From positions 1 through 11,093 of the forward strand of contig JBHGNT010001194.1 in NCBI GenBank assembly GCA_043228905.1: DNA of 11,093 nt, in the 5' to 3' direction. Positions 9,054-11,093 of the stretch are shown here, in pieces (position 1 is the stretch's first letter; the number at the start of each line of letters is the position of its first letter). The notes beneath the pieces are model-generated. The model was given only the letters and a program-made list of their open reading frames with translations, was not told the DNA's origin and made no database searches. The position numbers and the translations under genes are program-made. The DNA is from Azolla caroliniana. Taxonomy: Eukaryota; Plantae; Polypodiophyta.

Positions 9054-9770
9054 GTAAATGCTCTTTGACCTCACTTTTCATAAAAATGGCGATTGTCTGA
9101 AAAACATATGAAAATGGGAATTTATGTAGTCCTTTTGATGGAAGAGAGCAATTTAACTGTTTAGGTCTTGGCCATGTTTCTTTCTACAACAATCATGATA
9201 CCATGTGGAAGTTATGTATACATGTCTTCTTGTTGATTTGTCTTTAGGATAAAAGATATGAGCCTTAGTTGGCATGAGGTCCTCCATGGCTCATACCGTG
9301 GGAATCTCAAAAAACTCTATTCTTATTCACTAATATGCCAGTTGCAGTTTTTAAGTTGCCTACTGGAAACATTTGTAAAGGGAAAATCCTTATTTTCTGA
9401 AAAACTCCTCTAAATGTGTGTTTGTTTCTAGTAATTTTCTTGAATTTTGTGTGAAATAGAAATTGGATCGTTTAGTAAAGAAAAACAAAGCCTTCACTAC
9501 AAGAGAATGAGGAGGTCTATATGCCAGAATAGGTGGGGTAGCCCTTAAAACCAACTCACTCTCATAATCTAGGGTTCTGGCCTCCTGTTGTTTTATTAAG
9601 CCTTCTCTCATTACTTGTTAAGTGAAGTAGTCAAAGTTTAAGTATTCTGTTTGACCATCTGAAGTACGTGACATTATTTTCAAGAGATGCTTTTTAGATT
9701 AACTCATGGTACATAATCACAAGATAATTGACTAAAGTTAAGAAATTTTTTGCCCTCGTATTCTTTGCAG

Positions 9771-9821
9771 ATGGTTTATGATCCTAAACTATTGGAGGAA
9801 GGAAAGTGTGACATTCTTCCG
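9771..9821 (+). CDS. Gene 2 exon 4 (MVYDPKLLEEGKCDILP)
   Basis: Strong acceptor ttctttgcAG at 9770, donor CCG|GTCAGT at 9822, phase 0/0. It continues the RG...DPKL.E.G..D tail that I recall from stand-alone cyanobacterial GIY-YIG proteins. Confidence 0.85.
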
Positions 9822-9915
9822 GTCAGTTTGTTCTTTAATAATAATGTATATACTCCTTGTTGTGAAGCCAAAATGAATGTGTTCCCCTGAGTTCTTGTTC
9901 CTACTTCCCTTTTAG

Positions 9916-10109
9916 ACAAAACAATCTCAAGCTGATCTGGATCAGGCATCTTCTTCAAAGGAAGAAGATTCCATAAGAACAAAAGCAGTTTCTATTAAAA
10001 TACCTTCTGGTGGTGCACTCAACTATGATATCATGTATGAGATGAAGTTCAAGACAAATGGGGGCTGGATGTATGACATTGCTGTAACCAGAGATGATAC
10101 CTTGACAAG
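9916..10109 (+). CDS. Gene 2 exon 5 (TKQSQADLDQ...FKTNGGWMYDIAVTRDDTLT)
   Basis: Acceptor ttcccttttAG at 9915, donor AAG|GTAAAT at 10110, open frame, phase 0/2. Confidence 0.85.
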
Positions 10110-10565
10110 GTAAATTCAATAAATCCTTTTTTTTATCAGGCTATGCAAGATCATTACTACCCAGGGGTTTGGTTTTGCTCATCTTTCTTGAATTTACATA
10201 AATATTTTGGACTATGCTATGATTTGGTCCTCATTGAAGGAATATACTTGGCATAAGAAAGGGTATTGTTTTAATGTTATTGTGCCTTAAGCTTAGCACA
10301 TGATTTTTCAGTGTAGGATGTATGACTTCATTTTTATTGAAAAAATAGCTAGTGTTAAACAATATGCTAGCATATATGACTTGATTGTTTATTGAAATCT
10401 TAGCTATTATTAAACAGTATGCTATTTGACCTCTTAGCTGTAGTAAGTTTGATCGAACCAATCTTCGTTATTAATGTTATATAATCTTATATTACAGAGG
10501 AAAACACATTATATGCTTTGCCAATAGTGTATTAAATGCAAAATCCCCGTGTTATTGTTTGGCAG

Positions 10566-10653
10566 GCATCGTGTTATTGTCGGAGGTTATTACCCTAAGT
10601 CTGTGAGCATGCCAGAAGATGACTTTCTAGAAGTCATTATGGGCTTTCTACTG
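10566..10653 (+). CDS. Gene 2 exon 6 (R-HRVIVGGYYPKSVSMPEDDFLEVIMGFLL)
   Basis: Acceptor tgtttggcAG at 10565, donor CTG|GTAAGG at 10654. Phase 2/0 is compatible with both neighbouring exons. Confidence 0.85.
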
Positions 10654-10761
10654 GTAAGGAACTAGTAACAATTTATAGGTTTATGTGTCTTCCATTACTG
10701 TTTATGCTACCAAAATTTATTTCTTATATGCTGATATTTTGTATATCATTTCATCATCCAG

Positions 10762-10989
10762 CATAAGAGGATACCAAGGCATACAGAAGGGTTACTTGAT
10801 ACAGCTACTTTCCCGATTAATTACTTCTCAATATCGCAAGTCGGACAATTTTTCAAGGACTTAAGTGATTGGTTCCCAAGCAAGCTGCCAGAGAACTATT
10901 GGAGATTCATGAAAACAGAGGATTATGGACCTGCCATTGATCCACCACCTGAACTAGGTCCTGAGATTAGGAGTCCATTGTATGAATAA
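10762..10989 (+). CDS. Gene 2 exon 7, terminal (HKRIPRHTEGLLD...PENYWRF...PPPELGPEIRSPLYE*)
   Basis: Acceptor tcatcatccAG at 10761, 75 open codons, TAA at 10987-10989. The total CDS is 1263 nt (420 aa). Confidence 0.85.
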   Translation, partial: HKRIPRHTEGLLDTATFPINYFSISQVGQFFKDLSDWFPSKLPENYWRFMKTEDYGPAIDPPPELGPEIRSPLYE

Positions 10990-11093
10990 TTCTCCTATAA
11001 CCTATACACAAAATCAGAGCCTTTTCTAATTTGAGGTGTTCAGATCTATCCTTGTACTGAGTTAAGATTAACAAGCTTTTGAAGCGTCGGCAT

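Noticed and set aside
9252-9296. Inverted repeat tatgagcc...ggctcata in gene 2 intron 3
   Set aside because: Only 8 bp arms with no TSD or extended pairing, which is insufficient for a MITE or miRNA call.
8059-10461. Minus-strand ORFs (8059..8250, 8493..8699, 9390..9611, 9776..9982, 10231..10461)
   Set aside because: Short, antisense to gene 2 exons or introns, with no recognisable domains.
7753-10989. Calling gene 2 GRXS16/CXIP2
   Set aside because: No CGFS monothiol glutaredoxin domain is present in any exon. Only the GIY-YIG-like part is similar.

Overview
AT-rich land-plant nuclear DNA containing two complete, intron-split genes on the + strand. The ORF track shows these only as fragments. 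Gene 1 (join 246..473, 4079..4630; 259 aa) is a fatty-acid-hydroxylase-superfamily membrane enzyme of the sphingoid-base C4-hydroxylase (SBH / rice GL1-9-like) family. Its single 3.6 kb intron carries a young 3 x 124 bp tandem repeat and an older ~115 bp duplication. Gene 2 (join 7080..7082, 7753..8277, 8880..9053, 9771..9821, 9916..10109, 10566..10653, 10762..10989; 420 aa, reconstructed by hand from GT-AG sites) is the most interesting item. It encodes a predicted plastid transit peptide, a degenerate cyanobacterial-type (GRXS16-N-terminal-like) GIY-YIG domain (SVF-x10-YVG ... PPEGN ... W), and a ~170 aa C-terminal region with no glutaredoxin motif that I cannot assign to a named plant family. 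Its first coding exon appears to be the ATG alone, followed by an intron filled with GAT/TAGTGA microsatellite. Family assignments come from motif recognition and memory, not from database searches.
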